NCBI GenBank assembly: GCA_007131165.1
Contig: SLRB01000129.1
Location: forward strand, 1 to 39,640
Origin: Bacteroidales bacterium
GTDB lineage: Bacteria > Bacteroidota > Bacteroidia > Bacteroidales > PUMT01
Direction of reading: 5' to 3'
Length of the DNA: 39,640 bases
Of the stretch, positions 25,994-34,636 are shown in pieces (within the stretch, counting starts at the first letter, position 1; each line of letters opens with the position of its first letter). A program made the translations under genes and the position numbers. The notes below the pieces were generated by a model, which was not told the DNA's origin, made no database searches, and saw nothing but the letters and a program-made list of their open reading frames with translations.

Positions 25994-26141
25994 CGCTCCG
26001 GGTATTATGTTTTGAAGTTATTACCTTAAAACCAGGTTTCCCTTATTAAAGTTATATAACGGTATTACAGGAATTATGAAGGACAAGTTCCCGAAAGTTT
26101 TTGATAATGTCCATTTTATGGACTTTGAATAATTAAATTAT

Positions 26142-26149
26142 TATCTTTG
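26142..26149 (+). promoter_or_regulatory. -7 promoter box TATCTTTG upstream of greA
   Basis: Exact match to TAnnTTTG, 63 nt upstream of the greA ATG. The same 8-mer recurs upstream of the M23 peptidase gene and lepA. Confidence 0.5.
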
Positions 26150-26155
26150 CCCAGG

Positions 26156-26194
26156 AAAGAGTTCCGGGTTACCGGAATTCTTTTTTGTTTTAAT
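26156..26194 (+). terminator. Intrinsic-terminator-like hairpin plus T-tract in the greA upstream region
   Basis: TTCCGG-GTTA-CCGGAA forms a 6-bp core at 26162-26177, extendable by flanking A/G:T pairs. TTCTTTTTTGTTTT follows immediately. Confidence 0.55.
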
Positions 26195-26211
26195 TACTAA
26201 TAACGGTGATC

Positions 26212-26685
26212 ATGAGTAAAGTCTCTTATTTAACAGAAGAAGGGTTACATAAGCTCAAAGCTGAGCTTGAACACCTGCGGGGGGTTGAGCGCCCCGCTAT
26301 TTCGCGTCAAATTGCAGAAGCCCGTGATAAAGGCGACCTCTCAGAAAATGCCGAATATGAAGCTGCAAAAGAGGCTCAGGCCATGCTTGAGATTAAGATT
26401 GCGAGACTTGAAGATTCTCTTGCCAATTCAAGGATACTCGACGAATCAATGATTGATGTAAGCCGGGTTCAGATACTGAACAGGGTCAAGTTGCGCAATA
26501 AGGCAAACAATGCGGTAATGGAATATGTTATTGTATCTGAGACGGAAGCTGATATCAAGAAGGGTAAAATATCTGTAAACACTCCCATAGCCAAGGGCCT
26601 TCTGGGTAAAAAGGCAGGAGAAGAGGTTGAGATCACTGTTCCCTCAGGAATTATCAATCTTGAAATTCTTGATATCTCCCGGTAA
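26212..26685 (+). CDS. greA: Transcription elongation factor GreA
   Basis: N-terminal coiled-coil region (LTEEGLHKLKAELEHL...RPAISRQIAEARDKGDLSENAEYEAAKEAQ) and a C-terminal FKBP-like domain (ISVNTPIAKGLLGKKAGEEVEI). The ATG at 26212 is preferred to the GTG at 26206. Confidence 0.92.
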   Translation: MSKVSYLTEEGLHKLKAELEHLRGVERPAISRQIAEARDKGDLSENAEYEAAKEAQAMLEIKIARLEDSLANSRILDESMIDVSRVQILNRVKLRNKANNAVMEYVIVSETEADIKKGKISVNTPIAKGLLGKKAGEEVEITVPSGIINLEILDISR

Positions 26686-26702
26686 TATAAAAAAGAATAG
26701 CC

Positions 26703-27101
26703 ATGACAAGCATTTTCAGCAAAATAGTAAAAGGCGAGATCCCGTCCCACAAAATTGCGGAGGATGATAATTACCTGGCCTTTTTGGATATAAATCCACT
26801 TGCTAAAGGGCACACGCTTGTGATACCCAAAAGAGAGGTTGACTATATTTTCGACATGGACGATGACCTGCTTGCAGGTATCCAGGTCTTTTCCAAGAAG
26901 GTGGCGAAGGCGATTGAAAAAGTTGTGCCATGCAAAAGGATCGGTATCGCGGTTCTGGGTTTGGAAGTGCCGCATGCCCATATTCACCTTATACCGATAA
27001 ACCGGCTGGAGGATATTAACTTTGGCCGGCCAAAGCTGCAATTTAGTAACGAAGAGCTTGCAGAAACCGCAGCCAGTATCAGACAGGTGTTGGAAAAGTG
27101 A
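26703..27101 (+). CDS. HIT-family (histidine triad) nucleotide hydrolase
   Basis: FSKIVKGEIPSHKIAEDDNYLAFLDINP..KGHTLVIPK and the histidine triad HAHIHLIP. Confidence 0.88.
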   Translation: MTSIFSKIVKGEIPSHKIAEDDNYLAFLDINPLAKGHTLVIPKREVDYIFDMDDDLLAGIQVFSKKVAKAIEKVVPCKRIGIAVLGLEVPHAHIHLIPINRLEDINFGRPKLQFSNEELAETAASIRQVLEK

Positions 27102-28045
27102 TGTCAAAAATTGCCATAACTGATTTTATTACAAATCCGGATATAGAGAAAGAGCTGCTTGGAGATTTGTTATCGGATAAGGTAAGCCGGGAAACGGAAG
27201 TTTTGCTGGTATGGCATGAAAAAATCGATGAGGAATACATCAGGAAACTTCCCCTGTTAAGGGCAGTACAGAGGTATGGATCAGGTTTTGACACCCTTGA
27301 TCTTGCCGCCCTGCGCTCGCACGGCATTATCGCCTGCAATAATCCCGATTACGGTGTTGATGAGGTAAGTGATACCACGCTTGCAATGATAATAAACATT
27401 GCAAGGGGAATTACACTATATAATGAATCTGCAAAAAAGTATTTCCTTAACTGGCAGGAAAACTATAACACCCTTAAGAAAAGAAATTCCTCTACAACTG
27501 TTGCAGTGATCGGGGCCGGAAGAATTGGAGGCTCAGTTATTTTAAGGTGCAATGCGCTGAAGTTCAATGTGATATTTTATGATAAATATAAGGAGAGGGG
27601 TTACGAAAAGCTGCTCTCAGCGAAACGTGCTGACTCACTCGAAGAGGCACTTGCAGATGCAGACATTGTATCACTTCATGTACCTCTTAACGAGGAGACT
27701 AAAGGCATGGTCAACCGGTCATTTTTAGATGCCATGAAGCCGGGATCGTCGCTTGTAAATACTGCAAGGGGAGGCCTGTTTGATGACCCGGATCTGGTTT
27801 ATGATGCCCTCCGTTCGGGGATAATTTACCAGTTTGCTACAGATGTGCTGCCCCAGGAGCCTCCTGGCAAGGATAAACTGACTGAGGCGTGGAGGAAATC
27901 AGAAGTATGGCTAAACGGCCGCCTTATAATAACCCCGCATACTGCGTGGTATTCACAAGAAGCTGCCTGCGAAATGAGAGTTAGTGCCGCGAAAAATGCA
28001 TTACGGCTATTCAGAGGTGAACAGCCTCATAACCGGATTGTCTGA
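27101..28045 (+). CDS. D-isomer-specific 2-hydroxyacid dehydrogenase family protein (CtBP-like), NAD-binding
   Basis: Rossmann motif VAVIGAGRIGG, then VSLHVPLNEETKGMV, LVNTARGGL and TPHTAW. Its ATG shares one base with the HIT stop codon (TGATG), which suggests translational coupling. Confidence 0.8.
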   Translation: MSKIAITDFITNPDIEKELLGDLLSDKVSRETEVLLVWHEKIDEEYIRKLPLLRAVQRYGSGFDTLDLAALRSHGIIACNNPDYGVDEVSDTTLAMIINIARGITLYNESAKKYFLNWQENYNTLKKRNSSTTVAVIGAGRIGGSVILRCNALKFNVIFYDKYKERGYEKLLSAKRADSLEEALADADIVSLHVPLNEETKGMVNRSFLDAMKPGSSLVNTARGGLFDDPDLVYDALRSGIIYQFATDVLPQEPPGKDKLTEAWRKSEVWLNGRLIITPHTAWYSQEAACEMRVSAAKNALRLFRGEQPHNRIV

Positions 28046-28152
28046 TAAGTTTAACCGGACATGATGAAGCCGGGCCTGACTGGTAACAAAGCCCTCGCTT
28101 ACACGGAGACAACTAATTATTCCTTGAAGAGGAGGCAGTTCCATTGCCGGCA

Positions 28153-28194
28153 CAAAAAACAAACCCCCTGAAATCAATGGTTTCGGGGGGTTTT
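28153..28194. terminator. Bidirectional rho-independent terminator between the dehydrogenase gene (+) and the tRNA (-)
   Basis: CCCCCTGAAA (28164-28173) pairs with TTTCGGGGGG (28181-28190) across a 7-nt loop. It is flanked by an A-rich run on the left and TTTT on the right, so each strand reads hairpin followed by a U-tract. Confidence 0.75.
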
Positions 28195-28196
28195 AG

Positions 28197-28268
<72 letters not shown>

Positions 28269-28279
28269 ATAAGTAAATG

Positions 28280-28287
28280 CAAAAGTA
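28280..28287 (-). promoter_or_regulatory. -7 promoter box TACTTTTG (read on the minus strand) for the initiator tRNA
   Basis: Exact match to TAnnTTTG, ending 12 nt upstream of the mature tRNA 5' end. Confidence 0.5.
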
Positions 28288-28462
28288 ATGCAAGTTTGCA
28301 GAATCGCAAAATTTTTTCTGATTAATCTGGTTAGTTCTTATATATATATCAAAATAACCGGACAGCATGTTTTATTAGATAACATATACTCTATACCGCT
28401 TTATAATATTTTGCGCGTAGATTAACAGGGTCGTTTAAAAGTACGTATACAATTAAACTTAT

Positions 28463-28470
28463 TATCTTTG
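28463..28470 (+). promoter_or_regulatory. -7 promoter box TATCTTTG for the M23 peptidase-dxr unit
   Basis: Exact match to TAnnTTTG, 22 nt upstream of the ATG at 28492. Confidence 0.5.
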
Positions 28471-28491
28471 CATTAATAATAGGCTCGGGAT

Positions 28492-29355
28492 ATGGCAAAA
28501 AACAAGAAAAAGAGTTTTTTTGAAAGACTTAAGCATAAGTACAGGTTCATTATTTTCAATGACCATACCTATGAAGAGGTTGTGTCGGTAAGAATCACCA
28601 AGATGAATGTCTTTTCAATAATCGGGACAACGGCAATTATCCTGATTGCACTGGTAACTGTTTTGATCGCTTTTACCCCTATCAGGGAGTTTATACCAGG
28701 GTACCCCGACGGAAGCATGAGACGGGATCTTATCATGAACGCCATTAAACTTGACTCCCTTGAGAATGAACTCAGAATCAGGGAACAGTTTATTGAAAAT
28801 ATCAGAGATATAGTAGCCGGCCGGGAACCGCGCTCTTTTGAATATAACCCTGATACCACGCTAACAGTAGATGATATACAGTTTTCAAGGTCGCAATATG
28901 ATTCGCTTTTACGGGCGCAGATCGAAGGAGAAGAACAATTCAGCCTTATGGTTTCAGATGACATGGTGCTTGCTGGCAACAGAGCTGTAACACACTTTCT
29001 CCCACCAACAACAGGTCTGATAATAAATAGGTTCAATCCGCAACAAAGCCACTACGGCATTGATCTGGTAACAGAAGTAAACCAGCCGGTACTTGCCATT
29101 AAGGATGGCACCGTAACATTTGCAAACTGGACAATAGAGACTGGTTATGTAATACAGATTCAACACGAGAATAATTACCTTTCTCTCTACAAGCATAATG
29201 CCGAGTTGCTTAAGCGTGTGGGAGAATATGTTTCTGCAGGCGAGGCTATCGCAATAGTCGGAAACTCAGGTGAACTTACAACAGGTCCCCATCTGCATTT
29301 TGAATTGTGGCAAAACGGTTCGCCCCTGAACCCGGAACATTACATACTTTTTTGA
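28492..29355 (+). CDS. M23-family metallopeptidase (membrane-anchored)
   Basis: N-terminal TM anchor. The C-terminal LytM domain carries HYGIDL and GNSGELTTGPHLHFEL. Confidence 0.85.
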   Translation: MAKNKKKSFFERLKHKYRFIIFNDHTYEEVVSVRITKMNVFSIIGTTAIILIALVTVLIAFTPIREFIPGYPDGSMRRDLIMNAIKLDSLENELRIREQFIENIRDIVAGREPRSFEYNPDTTLTVDDIQFSRSQYDSLLRAQIEGEEQFSLMVSDDMVLAGNRAVTHFLPPTTGLIINRFNPQQSHYGIDLVTEVNQPVLAIKDGTVTFANWTIETGYVIQIQHENNYLSLYKHNAELLKRVGEYVSAGEAIAIVGNSGELTTGPHLHFELWQNGSPLNPEHYILF

Positions 29356-29386
29356 CGCCTGAAGAGCCCAGTGAGATTTTGTTATT

Positions 29387-30535
29387 ATGAAGAAAAGGAT
29401 TGCAATACTTGGTTCAACAGGCTCTATTGGAACCCAGGCACTTGATGTAATTGGCAGGTTTAGCGATGCTTTTGAGGTAGAGGTCCTTACCGCCCACAAT
29501 AATGTTCAGCTGCTGATTGAACAGGCTATCCTATATCAACCTAATGCGGTTGTTATTGCCAACGATAAAAATTACCCGGTTTTATCTGAAGCACTGAAGA
29601 ATTATCCGATAAAAGTCTATGCAGGACATAGAGCACTCGAGCAGATTGTTTCAATAGAATCTATAGATATTGTGCTGGCTGCCATGGTGGGATATTCCGG
29701 GTTAATGCCAACCCTGAATGCCATAAAAGCCGGCAAGACCATTGCTCTGGCAAACAAGGAAACACTTGTTGTTGCCGGCGAACTTGTAACAAGACTTGCT
29801 CTTGAAAACAAGGTGCCTGTAATTCCTGTCGATTCTGAGCATTCTGCAATATTCCAGTGCCTTGTAGGTGAGCACGGCGAAGCGGAAAAGGTCATACTTA
29901 CGGCGTCGGGCGGACCGTTCAGGGGGAAGTCAAGGAGGTATCTCGAAAATGTTACCAAAACCGAGGCTCTTCGCCATCCTACCTGGTCTATGGGTGCAAA
30001 AATCACCATAGACTCTGCAACTCTTATGAACAAGGGTCTTGAAGTCATAGAAGCCAAATGGCTTTTCGGTCTGCAGCCCGGTCAGATAGAGGTTGTGATA
30101 CACCCTCAGTCGATCCTGCATTCAATGGTGCAGTTTGAAGACGGCTCCATTAAGGCACAGATGGGCCTGCCGGACATGAAGCTTCCAATACTTTACGCTT
30201 TTTCATATCCTGAAAGAATAAAATCAAATTTTACCCGTTTCAGTTTTACCGATTACCCCGAACTTAATTTCGAAGCTCCGGATCTGGATAGTTTTCCCAA
30301 CCTTTTCCTGGCCTACCAGGCTTTGAAAACCGGTGGTACTATGCCCTGCGTGATGAATGCATCAAATGAAATAGCTGTAGAGGCTTTCCTGGATGGGAGG
30401 ATAGGTTTTTACGGCATGTCATCTGTCATAGAAAAGACTATGGACAGGATTGCTCATATTGAAGTTCCTGATCTTTCCGATTACAGGGATGCTGACCGGG
30501 AAGCGAGACTTTTTGCAGAAAGCCTGATCGGGTAA
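29387..30535 (+). CDS. dxr: 1-deoxy-D-xylulose-5-phosphate reductoisomerase
   Basis: ILGSTGSIGTQALDV, LANKETLV, PVDSEHSAIFQC, LTASGGPFR, HPTWSMG.KITIDSATLMNKGLEVIEA and HPQSI.HSMV. Confidence 0.95.
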   Translation: MKKRIAILGSTGSIGTQALDVIGRFSDAFEVEVLTAHNNVQLLIEQAILYQPNAVVIANDKNYPVLSEALKNYPIKVYAGHRALEQIVSIESIDIVLAAMVGYSGLMPTLNAIKAGKTIALANKETLVVAGELVTRLALENKVPVIPVDSEHSAIFQCLVGEHGEAEKVILTASGGPFRGKSRRYLENVTKTEALRHPTWSMGAKITIDSATLMNKGLEVIEAKWLFGLQPGQIEVVIHPQSILHSMVQFEDGSIKAQMGLPDMKLPILYAFSYPERIKSNFTRFSFTDYPELNFEAPDLDSFPNLFLAYQALKTGGTMPCVMNASNEIAVEAFLDGRIGFYGMSSVIEKTMDRIAHIEVPDLSDYRDADREARLFAESLIG

Positions 30536-30565
30536 TGAGAATTGTTAGTTATAAATATTGTAGAT

Positions 30566-30573
30566 TAAATTTG
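30566..30573 (+). promoter_or_regulatory. -7 promoter box TAAATTTG upstream of rseP
   Basis: Exact match to TAnnTTTG, 21 nt upstream of the ATG at 30594. Confidence 0.45.
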
Positions 30574-30593
30574 CAACCTGAAAAATATATAGA

Positions 30594-31913
30594 ATGGAAA
30601 TACTTGTAAAGGCGGCGCAGTTTTTTTTAAGCCTATCAATACTTATCATATTGCATGAACTGGGACATTTCCTTTTTGCCCGCCTGTTCAATACAAGGGT
30701 TGAGAAATTTTACCTGTTCTTCAATCCATGGTTCACACTTTTCAGGGTAAAAAGAGGTGAAACCGAATTCGGGCTTGGCTGGCTGCCTCTTGGCGGTTAC
30801 GTTAAAATATCGGGAATGATAGACGAGTCGATGGATAAAGAACAGATGAGCCAGGAACCGCAGACCTGGGAGTTCAGGTCAAAACCTGCCTGGCAAAGGC
30901 TTCTTATAATGCTTGGCGGTGTTATGGTGAATTTTGTTCTTGCCCTTGTAATATATGCTTCCATGCTTTATGCCTGGGGCGAAAGGTATCTGCCGGCCAG
31001 TAATCTTACATGGGGGATCCATGCAGATTCTCTTGCCAGGGATATCGGACTGAAGCATGGTGATGTTATAGTATCTCTCGATAATAAGCCTGTTGACCAG
31101 TATTTTCAGATCGTTCCCAATATAGTGCTGGATAATGTGCGTAAAATTCAGGTAGAGAGGGACGGACAGCTTGCCGAAGTTGATGTGCCCGAAGACATAA
31201 CACCTAAACTTCTTTCCGGTGAGCCGTTTATAGACATGCGTATACCTTTCATAGTCAAGGACTTTGCGAGCCAGTCGGTTGCCAGGGATGCCGGGATAGA
31301 GGAGGGAGACCGCATAATCGGGTTGAACGGACAGGATCTCCCGTTTTTTTTGGAATTCAGGGAGGAACTTATTGCCAGCCGGAATAATAATGTGATCGTA
31401 AATGTTGAACGGGACGGCCGCCATCTGGAAATTCCCCTTAAAGTCCCCGAAGACGGACTTATTGGTGTAATGCCGGTTGGCGAGCTGAACAGGTTCTTTG
31501 AGCTCAGAACTATTGAATATTCATTTCTTGAGTCAATTCCTGCCGGGATAACCAGGGGGTTGCAAACTTTCAGCAGTTACCTGAAGCAGCTGAGACTCAT
31601 CTTTTCACCTGAAACAGGTGCTTACAGGTCGCTGGGTGGATTTATTACCATTGGAAGCATTTTCCCGGGGGTATGGGACTGGCAAGCGTTCTGGAGCATG
31701 ACTGCCTTTCTTTCCATTGTGCTTGCCATAATGAACGTATTGCCTATACCTGCACTGGATGGCGGGCATGTGATGTTCCTGGTCTATGAGATGGTATCGG
31801 GCAGGAAGCCAAGTGACAAGTTTATGGAGTATGCACAGCTTACAGGCATGCTTATACTTCTTTCCCTGATTCTCTATGCTAATGCCAATGACATTGTAAG
31901 GTTGTTCAGGTAA
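30594..31913 (+). CDS. rseP: RIP (site-2) zinc metalloprotease RseP, M50 family
   Basis: HELGHF zinc motif in TM1, central PDZ-like regions, and a C-terminal NVLPIPALDGGH motif. Confidence 0.9.
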   Translation: MEILVKAAQFFLSLSILIILHELGHFLFARLFNTRVEKFYLFFNPWFTLFRVKRGETEFGLGWLPLGGYVKISGMIDESMDKEQMSQEPQTWEFRSKPAWQRLLIMLGGVMVNFVLALVIYASMLYAWGERYLPASNLTWGIHADSLARDIGLKHGDVIVSLDNKPVDQYFQIVPNIVLDNVRKIQVERDGQLAEVDVPEDITPKLLSGEPFIDMRIPFIVKDFASQSVARDAGIEEGDRIIGLNGQDLPFFLEFREELIASRNNNVIVNVERDGRHLEIPLKVPEDGLIGVMPVGELNRFFELRTIEYSFLESIPAGITRGLQTFSSYLKQLRLIFSPETGAYRSLGGFITIGSIFPGVWDWQAFWSMTAFLSIVLAIMNVLPIPALDGGHVMFLVYEMVSGRKPSDKFMEYAQLTGMLILLSLILYANANDIVRLFR

Positions 31914-31954
31914 TGATTATGATTTAAAATCGTTTTATTTAGTGTATTTATTAC

Positions 31955-31962
31955 TACATTTG
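31955..31962 (+). promoter_or_regulatory. -7 promoter box TACATTTG upstream of tatA
   Basis: Exact match to TAnnTTTG, 24 nt upstream of the ATG at 31986. Confidence 0.45.
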
Positions 31963-31985
31963 TGGACTAATTTAATTTTAAGGAT

Positions 31986-32192
31986 ATGACTGATTTGTTT
32001 GTTTTGGGGGCTATGATTGGCCCATGGCAGATTGTTCTGATAGTTATCATTATACTTCTGCTATTTGGTGGCAAGAAGATACCCGACCTGATGAGGGGAC
32101 TTGGCGAGGGGATTAAGGAGTTCAAGAATGCCACCAAAGAAAAGGATGAAGACAATGATGGTGAAAAGCCCATTGAAGAGAAGACCAAATAA
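31986..32192 (+). CDS. tatA: Twin-arginine translocase subunit TatA/E
   Basis: GPWQIVLIVIIILLLFGGKKIPDLMRGLGEGIKEFK, followed by an acidic tail. The start could instead be the internal Met 9 codons downstream. Confidence 0.85.
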   Translation: MTDLFVLGAMIGPWQIVLIVIIILLLFGGKKIPDLMRGLGEGIKEFKNATKEKDEDNDGEKPIEEKTK

Positions 32193-32332
32193 TTTCCTCG
32201 TTTTTCCCTCCGTTATTCTGTAGGTGTCGGCCTGGTTATTTGCCTGATTCTGACGGAATGCCGGGGGTAGTTATATTAATTCTGCCGTAAGTAACAGGTT
32301 CTCCAGGGTGATTAAGTAAATCAAAACTGCCT

Positions 32333-33346
32333 ATGAGTATTAAGATAAAAAAGAACCTATTTGTTCTCGGGTTGCTGGCAGGCCTGGTATCAATTTCAGC
32401 GTGCCGGGGAGAGAGGACCCCACTGCTTCCCAATGTGACAGGCAGGGCAGGGGAGGTTGTTGTGGTAATGAATGCCCCGCTATGGGAAGCTGAACCGGGA
32501 AGGACACTTGGCAAAGCGCTTCAGTCCGAGCACCCGGGTTTACTGCAATATGAACCTATGTTCGATGTTGTGAGAATTAGCCACGCTGCCTTTACGAATA
32601 TTTTCAAGACACACCGGAATATTATTATTGTAAATGTTTCTCCAACTGCCGGAGAAACCAGGATGAGCATCAGGAAAGATGCCTGGGCGAGACCTCAGAC
32701 GGTTCTTGATATAATTGCGAGAGATGCGGAGTCACTGACCACCTTTATTGAAAATCAGAAGCAAAGAATACTTGATGAGTTTGTTGATGCAGAAAGGGGG
32801 AGGATCATTGACTATCATAAAGCAATGGAAAGGGTTTCGGTCAGGGAGCGTCTTGATGAGAAGTTTAATGCCTCCATGGTTGTTCCAAGGGGGTACAATA
32901 TTATAATTGATACCACCGATTTTATCTGGATACGGCATGACCCAAGAAGGGTGACGCAGGATATTATACAGGGGCTGTTTGTTTACCAATTTGATTATAC
33001 TGACCCTGAAACATTTACGCCAGAGTATCTTATCGGGGTAAGGGACAGGTTCCTGAGAAGGTACGTAGAGGGACCCACGCCCGGATCATGGATGACAACC
33101 GAAACCCTGGTTCCTCCCGATTTTGATGAGTTCATGGATAATGACAGGTATTATGCCAGGCTTCGCGGGTTGTGGAGGGTTGAGAATGATTTTATGGGCG
33201 GGCCGTTTGTCAGCCATGCCACTCTTGATGAAGAAAGGAGCAAGGTGATTGTGGCCGAGGCCTTTGTCTATGTGCCGGGAGACCGAAAACGGAATTTGCT
33301 GCGACAGGTTGAAGCAATAATTCATACCCTTGAGATCGGGGAGTAA
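32333..33346 (+). CDS. Lipoprotein, DUF4837-like
   Basis: Signal peptide plus lipobox (VSISAC). The layout (GRAGEVVVVMN..W, EPMFDV..I...F..IFK.HRNIIIV, DAWA.PQ) matches my memory of the Bacteroidota DUF4837 family. The family name is unverified. Confidence 0.5.
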   Translation: MSIKIKKNLFVLGLLAGLVSISACRGERTPLLPNVTGRAGEVVVVMNAPLWEAEPGRTLGKALQSEHPGLLQYEPMFDVVRISHAAFTNIFKTHRNIIIVNVSPTAGETRMSIRKDAWARPQTVLDIIARDAESLTTFIENQKQRILDEFVDAERGRIIDYHKAMERVSVRERLDEKFNASMVVPRGYNIIIDTTDFIWIRHDPRRVTQDIIQGLFVYQFDYTDPETFTPEYLIGVRDRFLRRYVEGPTPGSWMTTETLVPPDFDEFMDNDRYYARLRGLWRVENDFMGGPFVSHATLDEERSKVIVAEAFVYVPGDRKRNLLRQVEAIIHTLEIGE

Positions 33347-33356
33347 TTCTGAGGCG

Positions 33357-33719
33357 ATGTCTTTGCCGGATTTCAGCAGATCACAGATTGGGCATTATCG
33401 TAACAAAAGAGAGATAATCAGGCTAACCGCCCAACAGGTTATCCGCGATTTTGCTCTTTTCGGTATAGAGGTAACGTTCTCCGGCGATACCCTGAATGCC
33501 TATGACGAACTTTTTGAACAACTTGCTTCCTGCCTTACGGAATTGCTGGATACAGATTACAGGAAGCTGCTCGCTTTGCTTTATCATATTGATATAAGCG
33601 AGAACGAGCTTAGTAAGCATATGGCCCACTGTACGCAGGATCACCCGGAGCTGATTGCCGGAATGATCCTTGACAGGGAACTGAAGAAAGTGCTGATAAG
33701 AAAGTTCTACAGGGGATGA
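33357..33719 (+). CDS. Hypothetical cytoplasmic protein (120 aa)
   Basis: Clean ORF from the ATG at 33357; the track start at 33330 is a TTG that overlaps the upstream gene. Predicted to be helical, and I recognised no motif. It is tightly packed between neighbouring genes on the same strand. Confidence 0.5.
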   Translation: MSLPDFSRSQIGHYRNKREIIRLTAQQVIRDFALFGIEVTFSGDTLNAYDELFEQLASCLTELLDTDYRKLLALLYHIDISENELSKHMAHCTQDHPELIAGMILDRELKKVLIRKFYRG

Positions 33720-33739
33720 ACTAACGATAATAATCAGGG

Positions 33740-34540
33740 ATGAGAAAATTATTTCGCACTGCTGTACTTATCCTGGCATTACCGGTACAATCATATGCCG
33801 GCTGGGTTATTGTTGAGCATACAAGGTACACCGGCAGCAGCGAGGTACTTGAAAGCACTCTCTACATTCAGGACAACATGTTAAAGAGTGTGGATGACGA
33901 ACAAATACTAATCTTCGATCTTGACAACTGGCTTCTCACCTATGTCAGTCAGCAGAAGAAAGGCTACTGGACAGGTAAGCCTGCTGATTACCTCAGGTTT
34001 GTAATGGAGTTTACGCTGGATATGCTTGAGGAGGAGATAAAGCATGCTGACAGGTATGAAAGGCCTGCGCTTCAGGCTTTGTACGATGATCTTAAAATGA
34101 ACCTCAAGCATGACATGGATGCTGTAGAGCTTATTGGTGAATTGCCGGTTGAGATAATTATGACTGAACAATCAGAAATGATTGTGGGATACCGGTCAAA
34201 CCGCTATTTGGTATATTTTGACAGGGTATTGGTTGAGGAGGTTTGGCTTACGCCTGATATTGACCTTGGCAGTGAATACGATTTTCGTGAATTCCGGGCC
34301 TTTATCGATGAAATGTCATGGAACGGCATGTTTGCCAATTATCGTTCATCCGACGAATACATTCACCTGATGAAGTCGGGAATGCCAATGCGTACTGTAG
34401 AGGACGATCAATCTGCCACGGAAAGTGTTACCGAGGTCGTTATGATTGAAAACAGGCAGATACCGGCATCTGAGTTTTATCCGCCGAAAGGCTACAGCTT
34501 AATGGAACTTGACGAACTTGCCGGGGAACTTCATTGGTAG
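33740..34540 (+). CDS. Hypothetical secreted protein (266 aa)
   Basis: N-terminal signal peptide (AVLILALPVQSYAG) and an acidic mature part. I recognised no catalytic motif. Confidence 0.5.
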   Translation: MRKLFRTAVLILALPVQSYAGWVIVEHTRYTGSSEVLESTLYIQDNMLKSVDDEQILIFDLDNWLLTYVSQQKKGYWTGKPADYLRFVMEFTLDMLEEEIKHADRYERPALQALYDDLKMNLKHDMDAVELIGELPVEIIMTEQSEMIVGYRSNRYLVYFDRVLVEEVWLTPDIDLGSEYDFREFRAFIDEMSWNGMFANYRSSDEYIHLMKSGMPMRTVEDDQSATESVTEVVMIENRQIPASEFYPPKGYSLMELDELAGELHW

Positions 34541-34570
34541 CAGGTAATATCAAAAATTAACGGAAATAAA

Positions 34571-34578
34571 TATCTTTG
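34571..34578 (+). promoter_or_regulatory. -7 promoter box TATCTTTG upstream of lepA
   Basis: Exact match to TAnnTTTG, 59 nt upstream of the lepA GTG start. Confidence 0.45.
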
Positions 34579-34636
34579 TAGGCCAAAACTTCAGAGGCTT
34601 GAAGAAGTGTAATGAACATACTAAAAGAATAATTCA

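Noticed and set aside
26469-27107. A 212-aa minus-strand ORF, one of the longest unassigned ORFs in the track.
   Set aside because: It runs antisense across the 3' end of greA, the spacer and the whole HIT gene, both of which carry unmistakable family motifs. Its translation is Cys/Phe/Arg-rich with no recognisable domain, which is typical of an antisense shadow ORF.
30879-31424. A 181-aa minus-strand ORF inside rseP. Similar antisense ORFs lie at 28569-29036 (M23 peptidase gene), 29617-30057 (dxr), 34828-35235 (lepA), 1610-1942 (S41 peptidase gene) and 16997-17371 (FtsX paralog 3).
   Set aside because: Each lies entirely within a well-supported CDS on the opposite strand and has no motifs of its own. 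I treated them as shadow ORFs.
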